A stretch of 53,190 bases of DNA, counting the filler, from Sphacelaria rigidula (lineage: Eukaryota): the NCBI GenBank assembly GCA_964200075.2. It is 2 parts of 2 records of this genome, joined end to end, with 100 filler letters (N's around TTAATTAATTAA, not from the genome) between each part and the next. Parts side by side here need not be neighbours in the genome. Positions count along the whole stretch, not along the records: positions 1 to 26,558 come from CAXNAA020000133.1; 1 more part is not named here. One strand, 5' to 3'. The notes under the pieces were generated by a model. The model was not told where the DNA came from. It was given only the letters and a program-made list of their open reading frames with translations, and did no database searches. A program made the position numbers and the translations under genes. Shown piece by piece: positions 10,460 through 24,100 of the stretch; position 1 is the stretch's first letter; every line of letters begins with the position of its first letter.

Positions 10460-13400
10460 TTATCATGCGTACATCGCTTCAAGGATTCTTCGCGTTGCAC
10501 TGACTGGTGACTCAACAATTTTGCAGAAATCGTGACGCGATGGTTGCCGCGCGGCCGAGAGAGGGAACAGGTATACCACGGATGTGTGGAATACCTGCAC
10601 TTGAGCCGACAGCAAGTCTCTATCGTTTCCACTCTTTTTCTTGTGTAACTTTTTTGCTCTTGAATCCTGTTTGTCTGTACCGAGCGATCATGTACACATC
10701 AAAATGTCATTTTCCAAATACTCTGCATGGAATGGGACGGAACATTCTTGGAACATTATTCATTCATCGACGCGTTTCGAGAAACTGGAGTATGACAAAG
10801 GATTTTGAACACAACAGAGAACACCTGAGGAACAAGCCCAGTGTAGGGTTCACATACCTACGTGACTGGAACGGAAGGTGAGCGACGACAACTGTGGGCA
10901 AGGCAAGAGCTTCTGCATTATAAGTACTTGCAATAATTTACTTCCTGTGCAACTGATTGATCCCATACGGAGGCACTTGCTTGTACCTGAGGGGAAAAAA
11001 GCAACAATGTATTGCCAGGGCAGCACTAGACCGGTTTCCGTTGTTTCTCTGGAAAAGAAAGTGTCACTGGCTGACTGTACATACTGGGTGGTGGGCAGCT
11101 ACCACCCCGGCGATCTTTTGCGCGACGCATCACGAACAGCGTGTTTGGCTCCATAAAAGTCATCCCGGGGGAAAGTTGTGGCACTCGTTGTTGGTCCCTG
11201 CCTTCTCCTTGTGCCATGGTGTCTTCTTTGGTCGGATTCTGTCTGCCTTGACTACCGCTTGTTCAATTCCATCACAGCACGGTCCGAATGTCCACCTCCG
11301 TCGCTGATGCCATCGACAGTCCGTTGCTCGGCGGCCATGTTAGGCCAGCCCGTAGCGTACACAGCAGTCATTTAGAGCGTTGCAATGAAAGCACAATTAC
11401 CATGAAGTCAAGGTAAGGCGCTGATTCCCCACTACGAAGTTGTATTTGAGTTTCGGATCATGGGTCATGCTGTCGGTGGTCCTGCGTTGCGGCAGCCGCA
11501 CCGTGTCTCAAGCTTTTTTGGCATCCTGTCATATAAGGACGTCATCCCCCTGGCTCCTCCCTCACCCGCCCACAACACATCAAAATGTTCTGTACCGTGC
11601 CTCATAAGGCAGTGTGGTGTGTTCATGTTACTCGTGTTGCACACCATGATCTAGGTGCCTAATCCTCTGTACATTCTCCAGGTGGTGTAAGCGTCGGTCA
11701 CCCGTCGTGCGCAGCTCGTTTTTTTCACCCGGTACTTTTATGTACTTGTATTGTCTCCATTGCGTGTCTCCCGTTGCACAGGCACTTGACCGAAAAAACG
11801 GTTTAGGTGGGAGCGTACCCGAGGAATTGTTCGAGAATCTTTGCTTTATCACACCCAAGAGGAAGCCGCCCGTAGCATCTTGGTAGGGCGCTGTTGAGGT
11901 GAGACCATTCGCCGTCTCTGGGGGGTGGTGTGTGTTGGTCCTGCTGTGCTAAGGGCAACGATCGGCATAGCTCAGTCGCTCTTCAGATGCAGGCGACGGG
12001 CATACGGGCGCGCGCCGATGATAACAAGTGCAGCATCTGTCAAGACGGCTTACGATTCGCAGGGAACCTGTTTGGGAAACGGGGCAGTTTGTTGGCGTTG
12101 GCAGCGATAGCCTCCTTCCGGATGGCTTGCCTCGATACCTCCCCATACAGCACTTTCCCCGTTCTCCTCTCGCTCGATGTCGCATGCCGTGGATAGCAAG
12201 GAGAAGCGCGCCAAAAGGGAAAGATATAGGAATACAAATGAGTACGAGCAGAGGTCAAGCAGCTGGAAATCTTTGCCCCCGGAAAGACGTAAAATCTTCT
12301 GTCATCTTTCGGGGATGTTACCGCTTCCATGGTGATGAATGATTTTGGAGACGTATCGAAAGTCGATAATGTTCCTAGTACCAGGGGAGCAAGTGAACGT
12401 ACCCTTATCCCGTCATTCACGACACTAGTGCTACAGTATGTACCACGGGCCGTCACTACTTTGTGTGTTTCGATGACAGAGACACTACCGTACACTACCG
12501 TATGACTTCGTGATTCACGAGGAAACTACCGTATAAAACCTACGGTCTAGGAATTGTTCCAAAAGTTGAAGAAAAAATCACACTCTGGACAACACATCAC
12601 ATTTCTTGAAATTGTGTAGCGTGCAGACAGTATGGAATCTAGCGTCTATCGCAAAATACGCCTTAGCCGATAATGTACGCAGTGCACTTCTTGACAAGGA
12701 AATTTCACATCCCGGGTGCGGAAAACTACGCTGGGGAATCGCGCGTGAGAGGAGATGATGCCGATCAGATTCCATGCCCCGCACAACTAGTCATCACCAT
12801 TGCCAGCATATGCAGACTTGGTTAGGAAAAGATTGTGCACTTTTCAGTTACCATCCTACCACTAATGAGGAAAAACTCGAGAGCTTTGAATTCGATACAC
12901 CGGCGTGTTGGCTAGCTATGGAACCTTGACCCTTACATTTTCCCCCACTGATGGGCATCGGTGTATTCCCGTCAAGCGAGCGAACCACTTTTTTTTTTCT
13001 GATCACTTTGCGGGCTAAAGACTGATGGGACTTTGAAAGGGTTGTTGTGTCTGACAACAATAGAACATGATGAAAGGCACCGAATGTCGGTGAAAAATGC
13101 TTGATACAATCTTTCAAGATGTCGATTTTTCTTGAAATGTGACATGTCTCGAATCCTCCCCCTTCCTCCCCCCGAAGTAGACGTTTCGAAATGGATGCGT
13201 GGTCAATGGTCAAATGACTAAGGCAAGCAACAAATGAGTACGCCTCGTTGGAAAATGAAGGTGGCATGAAATCTGTGGGACATCACGGCAACGAGGAAGT
13301 GACCCCTATACTGGAGGATTCATGGTGGCCACAGACTGCGAAACAGTGAGGGGATAAGACAGATGGAATATTTTTTGTGTTCTAGTACGGAAGAAACATA

Positions 13401-13677
13401 ATGAACACCCAAATGCTGGAGGTGTGTCTAGTCGTCGCAGGAACGGTACTCCGTCCCAACGGGGATGCATGGGTCGGATGATCAAGGGAAGCAACAAATC
13501 GGATGATCAAGGGAAGCAACAAATCAGTACACCCCCCTCTCCGTGATTTTCCACCAATGTTTCACAACACCAGCCAAGGATACCACTGCAGCACTGTGGA
13601 TGGATGTACTCGACAGCCATCGGCAACAGAGACCTAGCTTGATGGACAGGTGGACAACTTCTTTCGTTTCACGTAAA

Positions 13678-14845
13678 CAGGCTGGGCCAGCCTACAAGCG
13701 GATTTTTACTTCGCAGGCGAATTCGCAATTTTTTTCTTGGAGTTGGAAAGTAAACCTTGATACGGACAATCAACAGGGCATGAACAAAAGCTGTGTGTGA
13801 GGTCTCGAAGTTTTTCATTTTTTTTTCATGAGTTGAAAGCGTTTTACTGAAACCTCAAAACTGATTTTTGCCATAAACTCATGAAAAATGAAGAAAACCT
13901 TGGGACCTCACAGACAGCTTTTTTTCATGCCCTGTTGATTGTCCATACCAAATTTCACTGTCCAACTCCAAGAAAAACATGACGAATATACCTGAAATAA
14001 AACGGGCCGGCAGAAATTCGGAACAGTAGTTTGCAGGCTGTTCATCGGCCCACGTTTGGTGTCTGTGGGTCGAAATATCGTGCGAGACCTCGCCAGGTCA
14101 TGATGAAGCAAGAGAAATGGGTTAGGTTGGTTTTTATTTTCATCTTTCACTGATTGAGGGCGTTTTAGTATGGTAACGACCATTTTTTCACGAGAACGCC
14201 CGAACCTCTCATGAAAAAAAGAATGAAGACCCATTTTTTTTGTTCACTCAGCATATCTCTGTCATTCTCCATGCCATTTTTCAAATAAAAAATCTGAAAA
14301 TACGCCTTGAAACTTAGAAGTTGGCCGAAAGCAATGCTCATATCTCCTCACAACTGCCCTAAAAACACGAAAAAAAAGAAGAAGAAAAACTGTGTTTTAC
14401 TCCCTTTCAAATTTCACAGCACAACACTCAACAACTGGGACGCGATATCCAGATTTGGGTCATGTAGTTCCTCCGATCGTAATATGCTGATTTTGGTATA
14501 GAAATTTATGTACGCCATATCTCGAGAACGATGACGAATTAGGTGAAGATGAGAGTACCTGTGGTCTCCCTGTGTTCCAGGGAAGGCCCACAACAAAAAT
14601 CGTCATCATCCACTGAATCGATCGTTTGGGTATCATGAGATTTTGGTGTGGGCGCTGTATCCGCTAGGTATAGGGATTACTAGACATGAGGTTTAACCGA
14701 AGAGGAAAAATCGGCCCAGAGTTATGAGCAGATGGACACCCTCCCCTTGATGGGACGAATACGATATGCGGATCACGGTCTAACTCGTATGTCATTGAAA
14801 TACCGCTTTGAGAGCTCGAACCCAATTTTAGGCTGGCCCAGCTCG
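13678..14845 (+). mobile_element. ~1.15-kb non-autonomous TIR element, copy 1 (contains an internal ~250-bp foldback, ~13730-13980)
   Basis: Termini caggctgggccagccta and taggctggcccagctcg. It is homologous along its length, in inverted orientation, to 16375-17500. Confidence 0.7.
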
Positions 14846-15176
14846 TAATCCTGCCGCATGGACTCGTGAGAGTCCAATTTTCTTGGTGAGACACGGCCTC
14901 GGAATTGAAAGTCTCACCCACCCAGGGAGTGATGCCCTCGTGCTATCCAGAGCGTGCACATCCCACTGTCTCAGTGTCCTTGTATCAAATGACATCCTTC
15001 ACAGTACATGTACATGTGAACCAGCAACGAAAGGAGCATTTCCACAACACTGTTCGCTGCTCGATAAACGGAACTGTCGATTTCAATTGACAAACCAAGA
15101 ACGTTTGCTTGTGCCTCACACCTCATTCGTGCGCAGGTATACCGTTTCAAGTGGAAAGAGAGAGCAGGAATCGACG

Positions 15177-18100
15177 ATGTCGGTTATCGGGGTAGATTTC
15201 GGGAATGATACGTGTGTCATCGGGATGGCGGCGAGGGGTGGTATCGACATCATCCTAAACGAGAACTCCAACCGAAAGAATCCTACGCTGGTGAGTAGCC
15301 CATGGACGGGACGAGGACTTGTGATTTGAACCCGGGATCATCCCACACCCTGACACACCTGGGTTCGAATAAAAGTACGAGTACATGATATTGATGCAGA
15401 CACAAGGCGGGAAAGTAGGGGCTTGCATTTTGTACATGCACATGTCAGGTGCTGTAATAGCACAGGTCATTCTCCACTGCAGGTCCATCAACCTTTTTTC
15501 CACGAGGCACTCTGACGTCGGACCCTGTTTCATTGTACGGCCTGCATACTGTACCAACCCCAAATCCTGCGTTGGCCGACAGAAAATTGAGCTTCATATA
15601 TTTCTTGATTCGCTTGTGGAGTGACACACGTGTATTCGACTCGGAGACATAGGGATGGCGTCTAGTGAAGGGCGTTTCTACACACGGACCCTACCTTGAC
15701 TTGAACAACCCTCCCCCCACCGCACTCTGATGTGGATCATGACCCAGATTGATTACCAAACTCTCGTACCGTACCTAGCCTCATCCTGTGGAAGACTCAA
15801 TTGGAGTAGTCCTCTAGCTTGCTGGATGAGAACAACACGATATCTACCCTAAGAACGGTCGTGACTCAATGTGGAACTACGAACAGATTTTTTGGAGGAA
15901 ACGAATGACCTGGAGTATGCGTGCCCATACAATGGATCCGAGAATAGATGAGTCTTGAACGTCTTGCGGGCGATTTTATGGATACTGAACACTGCGCGCA
16001 CTTCCTAGTACAAATGTGATTCCAAGCAGAGTTCAACACCCACGTTTAAGATACTATGACGAATGATGCACGACTGGGACACATAAGATTGTCGCCGGTT
16101 CGAATAATTGAATCCACGATTTTTTCGTTCTGATTGTTCTACAGAGGGAAAAGTCGACCGCCGGGTCAATTCTATGTGCCTGGACTCCGCGTACCTGGGT
16201 TGCAACACTGAAAATAAACCTCAAGAATTGATTCGTACGGTACGCATCAATGACACTACACTCGGGTAATTTTCGGACGAAAACTAAATTTTTCTGACTC
16301 TTGAAATTTGCGCACTTGATGTACTTTCACGGTTCGAGCATTTGCAGCAGTGATTTTTGAACCGGTAACCGCTACAAGCTGGTCCAGCCTAAAAATGGGT
16401 CTGAGCTCTCGAAGCAATATGCCGTCGACATGGAGGAGTTGGCTCATGATACGCATATCGTATGAATCGTGTAATCAAGAGGGAGGCGCCCATCTGCTCG
16501 AAAATCTGGGCCATTTTTTTTCGTTGATTGAACCCCATGCCTAGTAATTCCGATACTAAATGAAGATGGCGTCCATACTACAAAATCCTGATAGAACCCC
16601 GAACGATACATCAGCGGATAGTGGCGATTCTTGGTGTGGATGTTTTCTGGAGCACGGAGAAACGATAGATACCCTCACCTTCACCTAATCCGTGATCCAT
16701 CTCGAGATGTGGCGTACATAAATTTTTGTCCTGGAACCGAAATAGCACGAGCAGAGGCGTTAGATGCCCTGATTCTGGATATCACGTCTCAGTTTTTAAG
16801 AGTTGTGCTATCACATGGTATGAAGAACCGCTAGTGCATTATGAAACGTGAAAAACAGCTTTTGCATTCCTTCCCTTGTTTCAGGGGGAGTTTTGAGAAG
16901 AAACCAACCTTACTCTCGAGCCTCATCTCGATTTTTGAGCTCAATTTTTGAAACTTTGATTCGAAACTTGGCATGGAGGATAACAGACGTATGCTAAAGA
17001 AAAAATGGACCCGTATTTTTTTTTGAAGAGGTCCGGGCGTTCTCGTGAATAATGGTCGTTACCGAAGTAAAGTGCTCTACACCAGCGAAAGTAGAAATAA
17101 AACCCAACCTGATTCATTTTATTTCATCCTGATATAGCTCAGAGTTTCAATACACGAACACCAAACTTGAGCCGACGAACTGTCTTTTGAAGGGGAATTC
17201 GCAAGTCTTCATTTGAAGTTGGACAAAAAAACTTTGTATGGAAAATAAACAGGGCAAGAAAAAAAGCTGTCTGTGGGGTCCCAAAGTTTTTTTTTCCATG
17301 AGTTATGGACAAAGATCAGGTTTGATGTTGAAGTAAAATGCTCTTAACTCGTGAGGAGAACAAATTAACTTCGGGACCCCACGAACAGCTCTTCTGCATC
17401 CCTTGTTGATTTCCATACCAACTTTCACCGTCCAACTCCAAGTAAAACATTACGAACTCGCCCGCAAACTACGAACCCGCTTCTAGGCTGGCCCAGCCTG
17501 TTCCTCGGCCGCGTCCCGGAGTGTTCTGTCTGTTTTTATCCGCTCGATGCCACGCTTCAAAACACCCCAAAGCAAGAAGTACCCCACCCAACACAGCCTT
17601 GGATGACTGACCTATGAAATGGGGTGCGGCGGGGGAGGGGAGGTGTAGTCGTGATCTTGCATGCCGTATTCACGAAATCAGTGACGTCGCATCCCTAAAC
17701 AGCCGGGACGTAGCACGTCGGGTTTTCGGCGGACCAGGCTCGCAATCAATCACCAAGGCCGAACCGCTGTGATGTGTTCGGCCAGTCGCATGAAGAGAAA
17801 ACGCGGGTGCGGGGGTGGGCAGTGGAGTAATGTCGACGAAATTCTTGCCTTGTCCTTCCCCCTCTCTTTGTTCAATGCAGGTATCATTCCAAGGGAAGCA
17901 GCGGTTGATGGGGGAGGGTGCGGCAAGCATTGCCAGGAGCAACTTTAGAAATACCGTCCGCGAAGTGAAGCGGCTTGTCGGACGCTCTTGGTCCTCCCCC
18001 GAACTCCAGGAAGATTTGAAGCGATTGCCTTTTAAGACAATGTGAGCCGTCGCTGCCTCCCCTGCACGCCTCTTTGTGTATTCCCCCGCCCGTACGTTCC

Positions 18101-21100
18101 TGACGGTCGATTATTGCTCGTTTTTTCCCCACTTCGACTTTTTTTTTGTGTCTTGGTACACTACACTCCACTCGTAGTTTTTTATGTGTGTGTTGCTGTC
18201 TTTGCGTCTCCCGCCCCTTGTCGAGTTTGCGAGTGTAACCGGCTGTTGCTTTCACGTTGTGGGTGCGTCTAATTTCTTGACCCCTCCTGACTCCCTCAGA
18301 GATCAGCTTCTGTTGTCATCCCATTTATTCTGGTCGCCAGTCTACACCTCGGTGTATCTGGGCGCACCAATCGGGGTCACACAAAAGGACGGTCAACACA
18401 GGAGCTTGTTCTTTTTTCTTGTTTTTAATACCCCACCTTCCTTCTGCGGTGCTTGCCTTTATTTTTTATCGCGAGATGGGTTCAGCAGTCCATTTTTCCT
18501 CGTCGACGGTAAAGTTGAATTTTGTGTACCCATGACATGGTCGCTCTCCACTATTACGCATGGTTTAAGAAAAAATCCCGGATCGCTCCGGGAATCGAAC
18601 CCCACTACTCAACTGTCGAAAGTTCACGAGGTTCCCAACTGAGCCACCGGGGCGACCGGTCGGGAACTCAAACTGTGCGACATCTTGCCACCCTCTTTCG
18701 GGACGAGGTCCTGTTTTTTTCAATTCGATCGACCAATGTTGACCTCTGGTGCGTAGTTGCACTTGTGTGTCGAACATGTAATCCGCACGCTTCGGTGTGG
18801 CTCTTGTTTTTCTTTTTGCTGTTGTCCTTCTGATGTATTCAACCCCATCGCCTTCCCGTGGGTGAGTCGGTCGATTCGGGATCAATCGACTTCCTCCCTC
18901 AGTATGCCTCTGACCTTTTTTTTCTTCTGCTATCGGCTGGATTAGAAGTCGCTTCTTTACCGCGTTTGTTCTTTTCGACTTTTTTTTTGCTCATGTGCTG
19001 TGCCCCAGAGCCTGTCTTGGCACATCAGTGTTCGACGGAGAAAGTGCGGTGGAGAATAGATACTGATCTGGTCAGTCAAGATTTCAACCATCTTCAAAAT
19101 TAACGATGACTGAAATTACGACCTATCCGATCGGAATTTTTGCTTTCCACCGTACAAGTTCGATCAAAAACCAATGTTCTGAGACATGGCCTCACTCCGT
19201 AAACTCTTACTGCCTAAAAGGCAACATGTTTTTTGCCCTAAAGAAGAGCCTGCGGAACGAAGACCTGTATTTGCTTACCTCTTTATGTGACGTTGTAGAA
19301 ATCCGTTAATATCCGAAAGGAGTAGAAGGCTCGAACTTCAAAATATGACATGTTTTTCTCATGGACACGAGTCCCACGCCTTCCCTACCCTTTTCTGCTG
19401 CGACGAGCGCCCGTGCACGATCTGACAATCCGTGGTGTCTACCGTTTTTTTGATGTCCGCGCCGTGACATGCCCAAATGACTGTGAACCTATTTTTCAGG
19501 GAACACCCGGAGACGGGAGGGGTGGGCATTGAGGTGGAATATGAGGACGGTATGAAGCTCTTCACGCCGGAGCAGATCGTTGCGTGTATGCTTACAAAGG
19601 TGAAGGCGAACGACCGTTCGGCAGAGACATGAGATGTGTTGAGCAGCATGATCTATCGCCGAGCGCTGGTGCATGACGCGTTTGGGGATTTTGTGCAAGG
19701 CGTTAACAGTAGTATTTGACTGGAATAAGTGGTTACTGAGCTTGGTGCCAATCATTTACACCCTAGACAGTGTGGTCTCAAGGTGCGAAATAATAGTTTT
19801 TTTGTTTACAGTACAGGCCTCTTGCGACTGTTTGTGACATTTTGTCCCGTGTGTGCGATACACAGCTTTGAGCCTGAGGTGTGGGGTCAGGGTCAACCAC
19901 ACGGGTCGAGTGTGTTTTGAATGACTTTTTTTTTGTAACCCCGTTTCGTTTGCCGCGTACCTTGAACGATTTTTTTTTTGCTTCTGCTTCTGCCCTTCAC
20001 GTTTTTTCTTGCTTTTGCCAGTCCTCTGGTTAAAATGGTTCTGGCGCGAGTTTTTTTCATGATGTGGCAAGTGAGCTGTGTGCTGTTGATGACGTAATGT
20101 ACTTCGAAGTATATCGTAAAGGCTGTGGTGTATGTCGTGACATTTGCTTTTGTCAAGACGAATTATCCTAGTCGGTACTAGAAGTCAAAATAACCCCCGT
20201 CATTATCATTATCTCGGCTTATCACTGGTCATTGTCTAACGTCGTTCACCAGATATCAAGTTTGTTTTGACAGATGACCAAAACTCACCATACATGGTTT
20301 GATCGTATGCCGCGTCCTGTATTGTTGTTGTGTATGGTTTTTTTTTTCAACGTGTAGTTGGTGTCCATCGCGAAGGCGGCGAACAACGGCATCGATGTAG
20401 CGGATACAGTAATGGCCATCCCAGGATGGTACACCGACTCGATGAGGAGCGCTATGCTGGTGAGTCTTGGATACATTTAAACCCTCGTACCGTGAGGGTA
20501 GTCCATCTGGAGAGCTGTGTTCACCACTTGGCGAATGAAGAAACTTCTCGGGAACATGTTTTTTCAAAATAACGCCGACGCTCACCCTGACCCCCAACTC
20601 CAACCTGAGGCATACCGAGAACTCGGGCAACGGGGGTGCGAAGCGTTCCCTAGGCGAACTGCGGCGTTGGCAGACCTTGAGCGGCGCCGAAGGCGCAGAT
20701 TTTAACGAAAACTCTTGGCACTTTCTACTATAACCCCCCCTCCCAGAAAAAAAAACCCCAGCCCAAAAGTGTCGAAAAGAAAATGGCCATACAGCGTCTG
20801 ATGTTGGGTTTCAGGCCGCATGAAGCACCCCATATTGGCGACATCGGCTAGAACGTCCCAAGCTTGGGAATTCCCAGCTGCTCATTGTGTTCGGCCTTCC
20901 CCATTTCGATTTGCGTGAAGACTTTGCCCACCGAAACCAGGCACTTTTGAGGGGGGGTGCTATCGTGAAGAATGTTTTTTTCTGCGCACGCGAGAGGCAG
21001 CTGGGGCTGTCACGTCAACCCTGTTGGAAATCCAAATATCGGTGTTTACACTCGGAGCAAGTAATGTAATTCCGGGAAGGTTCTGAGTGACCAACTGGTG

Positions 21101-24100
21101 AACACTTTTTTTCGAGTCAACAATCGACTGTGGTGGGCATTAGAAATATGTTGATTTTCATGCGAGAGAGAGTTTCGATTCAACTTCCCAACGTTTGTGT
21201 TTCGTACGGGTGTAGAGATTATACCTGAAAGTGCGGGAATTTTGAGTTGGCATATTCTTATGAATCAAGCATGAATGTGAACCCAGCATTCACGTGTGAT
21301 TCGGCACGGTATCAAGCCCTTGTCCCGAACACTCAGGTATGGTGCAAGAGAGTATCGGCCAATAAAATATCCGTTTTTATTTTCATGTATATATGTGAAT
21401 ACCAGGGCCCACCAAGGAGCAGTAGCCTCAACCCTTCTGGTCAAAATTATGCCGTTTCACGAAAACAAAAATTGTCAGTAGGCTCTAAAAGTGTCAAATA
21501 TCCGAAATTCATTCGGTTCCGTTGACCAGCACAGATTGATGCCGCGATAAAACCCCCTTCCCCCAGAAAAATGGCTGGTTTGAGGTTGCAAATTTATATA
21601 CGGTTCAACATGACAGGCTGAGCACATTTAGTAGCTGAGAATTCCCATGCTTTGAAGTCGTTTTCGCCAATGTCGCTCTTTTGAGGCGCTTCGAATAGTC
21701 TGGAAGTAGCGATCATGCGCTGTATGGACATTTTCTCCGTGACAACTCTGAGGCTGGTTTGGCGGGGGGCGGGGGGGGGGAAGGGGGCATCGGTGCATCA
21801 CTTCACATTCCCAACCCTAACTAGAACCTGAAACCCTTACCCTAGCCTCAACCATACAGTGAACATCGATGGCATCGCGTGCGACCTTGCACCACCAATC
21901 AGGCGTATACGTGTTTTGCGTTGGAACCATGTCTTTCGATATTTGTTTGAAGCTCTTTCTGTCACCTTGTTCTCGCGTGGCAGAGTGCGTGTGCAGTAGG
22001 GGGCGTAAACTGCCTCCGTCTTATTCACGAGCACACGGCCACCGCGCTGGCGTACGGTATCTACAAGTCTGCGAAGGGGGAGTTCCACGAGAAGGTGAGG
22101 GATTTTTTGCCTCGAAATGTACAGTGTGTTTCAAGGGTTGGGCGAATTATGATCCATCCGAAAGTTGCTTGATAGTAGTGTAGTTGATTCTTATTGTAGA
22201 TGTTGGGATCAATCTTGGAGCTTTGCTTTCGGCGTTGCACCCCCGTAGACATTGCGCATACCCCAGGTCGGTGAAGAAGCGCGAAAACTGCGTGTAAACC
22301 TCTCTGACCCGCGGTTAATTTTCCTTTTTTTTTTCTTCGAGCAATAAGGACTCTTCAATCGTTAAGTTGCTGGTTCGAGCCGGCGTTGGTTCTTTCGACT
22401 CTTGGTGTGTTTCACGTTTGACGGAACTCAGGATTTCAATGGGTAAGGAGATGGATTAGTCGGGCATCATATGAGAGGTTGACTCGACTGCAAATTTTTC
22501 GATTCAATCTTTAGGCTCTGTTTTTAGCCTTGCAACCCAGGTACGCGCAGCTCAGGCACGTGAAATGGCACAAAAAATGCGTGGAGACCTCTTCTACTAG
22601 CGGTCATTTTTTTCTCTCTTTTGCGCGCGATCGGGCCTGACAAATCGTGGATTTGGTAATTCAAACCGGCGACGATTCGTCCGAACCGTTTTCATGGTTG
22701 GTGATGAGGTTGAATTTCCCCGTCTCTGGTGCTGTTGCCGTCACCAGGTCCGTTGGGTCCACATTTTGCGTGCCAGCCTGTCTCCCATGATATTTTGTGG
22801 GGAACACTTTCCGCGTCGGGGTGTGTGTTGGCACATGACTTTTCGATCAAAAATGTGCGGTGAAAAGAAGAAATTCGAACCGATATATCGTCAATACTGT
22901 CGTCGTTCATTCCAAAGATGATTGAAATCACGATTTATCAGATCAGATTTTTGTTTTCAACGGCACGGTTTCAATCGAAATATGATTTGCTACGGCACGG
23001 CCTAATCATGTCTTCAGTTCCTCAAGTTGAAATATTTGCATCGAGAATAGTTGAACACCAAGTAGTTTTTCGGTATCTTTTTGAATGTGAAGATCCGTGG
23101 CAAAACGAACGAGACGTTTCGGTCTCGATTTTTTTTTTTTTTCCCGTCCTCTCTCGTTGTACCAACTTTTGGACGGTTCTCCTTCGTCGCTACGCTCGCT
23201 GCCCATCCTCGTGCTATTTTGTTGCTCCTGGGCCGTCTGTTCTTGTTTTTCTACTTCGTTTTCCCCTCATCTGGTGGACTCAGGAGCCCCAATTTGTGTT
23301 GTTTTTGGACGTCGGGCACTCGAGCTTCAGCGCTTCCGTCGTCACGTTCGTGCAGGTGAGATAATGACTTGATCGTGCTCGTACTGTCGGTCATGATTCA
23401 AAACGTCAGACGAGGTTACACATCGTGTGTTATACAACAAAATTCCCTTGCCATGATCCAGTCACGCAGCGTGTACTGCGGCAATTTTTGGGGGGTTGCA
23501 GTGTTTCCTACCTTTACTTTGACGTTATCAAAATGAGGTGAAGTTTGGTCGTTCTCATTGCGTGAGTGTCTTTTCAATCGGCGGTCTAATGCTCAAAGTG
23601 TCGAGGTGATCGATCCCCGTGGATCTTGTGTAGTGCGTACCTCACTCATATTCACTACAATCATACTAGCAGGTCGTCTGTTCCCTTAATAGAGACCCTA
23701 CTTCAGGGCTACCTAGCAATCTGCGGTTGCCTCACAATCAAACTATATTCACGAACTAGTGCAGTCTGGAGCACCGACGCGGCGTTCAGCGGTGGGTAAC
23801 CGGTTTCATGCTCAGTCATAAAGTGGTCGTATGGTATGGATACACGAATACTTTCCCGAGGTTTCCTTTGTCGTGAATCCTTCATCTCGTCCACAAAACT
23901 ACACGGGATATGAATGTGAGAAAGCACGCAATGGTTAGCATTCAAATGAGCTAGTGATATTCCAGACACTTTCCAAGATACCCTCCCCCCCCCCCTCCCA
24001 AAAAATAAATCACGAACAAAATGGTTTTACAGCGTGTCATGATTGGTTTCAGGCTGCATGAACTGCTTCATTATGAGTGAGACTGGCGAAAACGAACCCA

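Noticed and set aside
10800-12200. Possible decayed coding sequence (GC-balanced, many short ORFs)
   Set aside because: No recognisable domain or consistent exon chain. It would need BLASTx.
12540-15170. Heat-shock elements upstream of Hsp110
   Set aside because: Only isolated nTTCnnGAAn half-arrays were seen, there is no triple-unit HSE, and the TSS is unknown.
18570-18660. tRNA gene
   Set aside because: It has A/B boxes but no convincing cloverleaf, and is continuous with a repeated SINE body.
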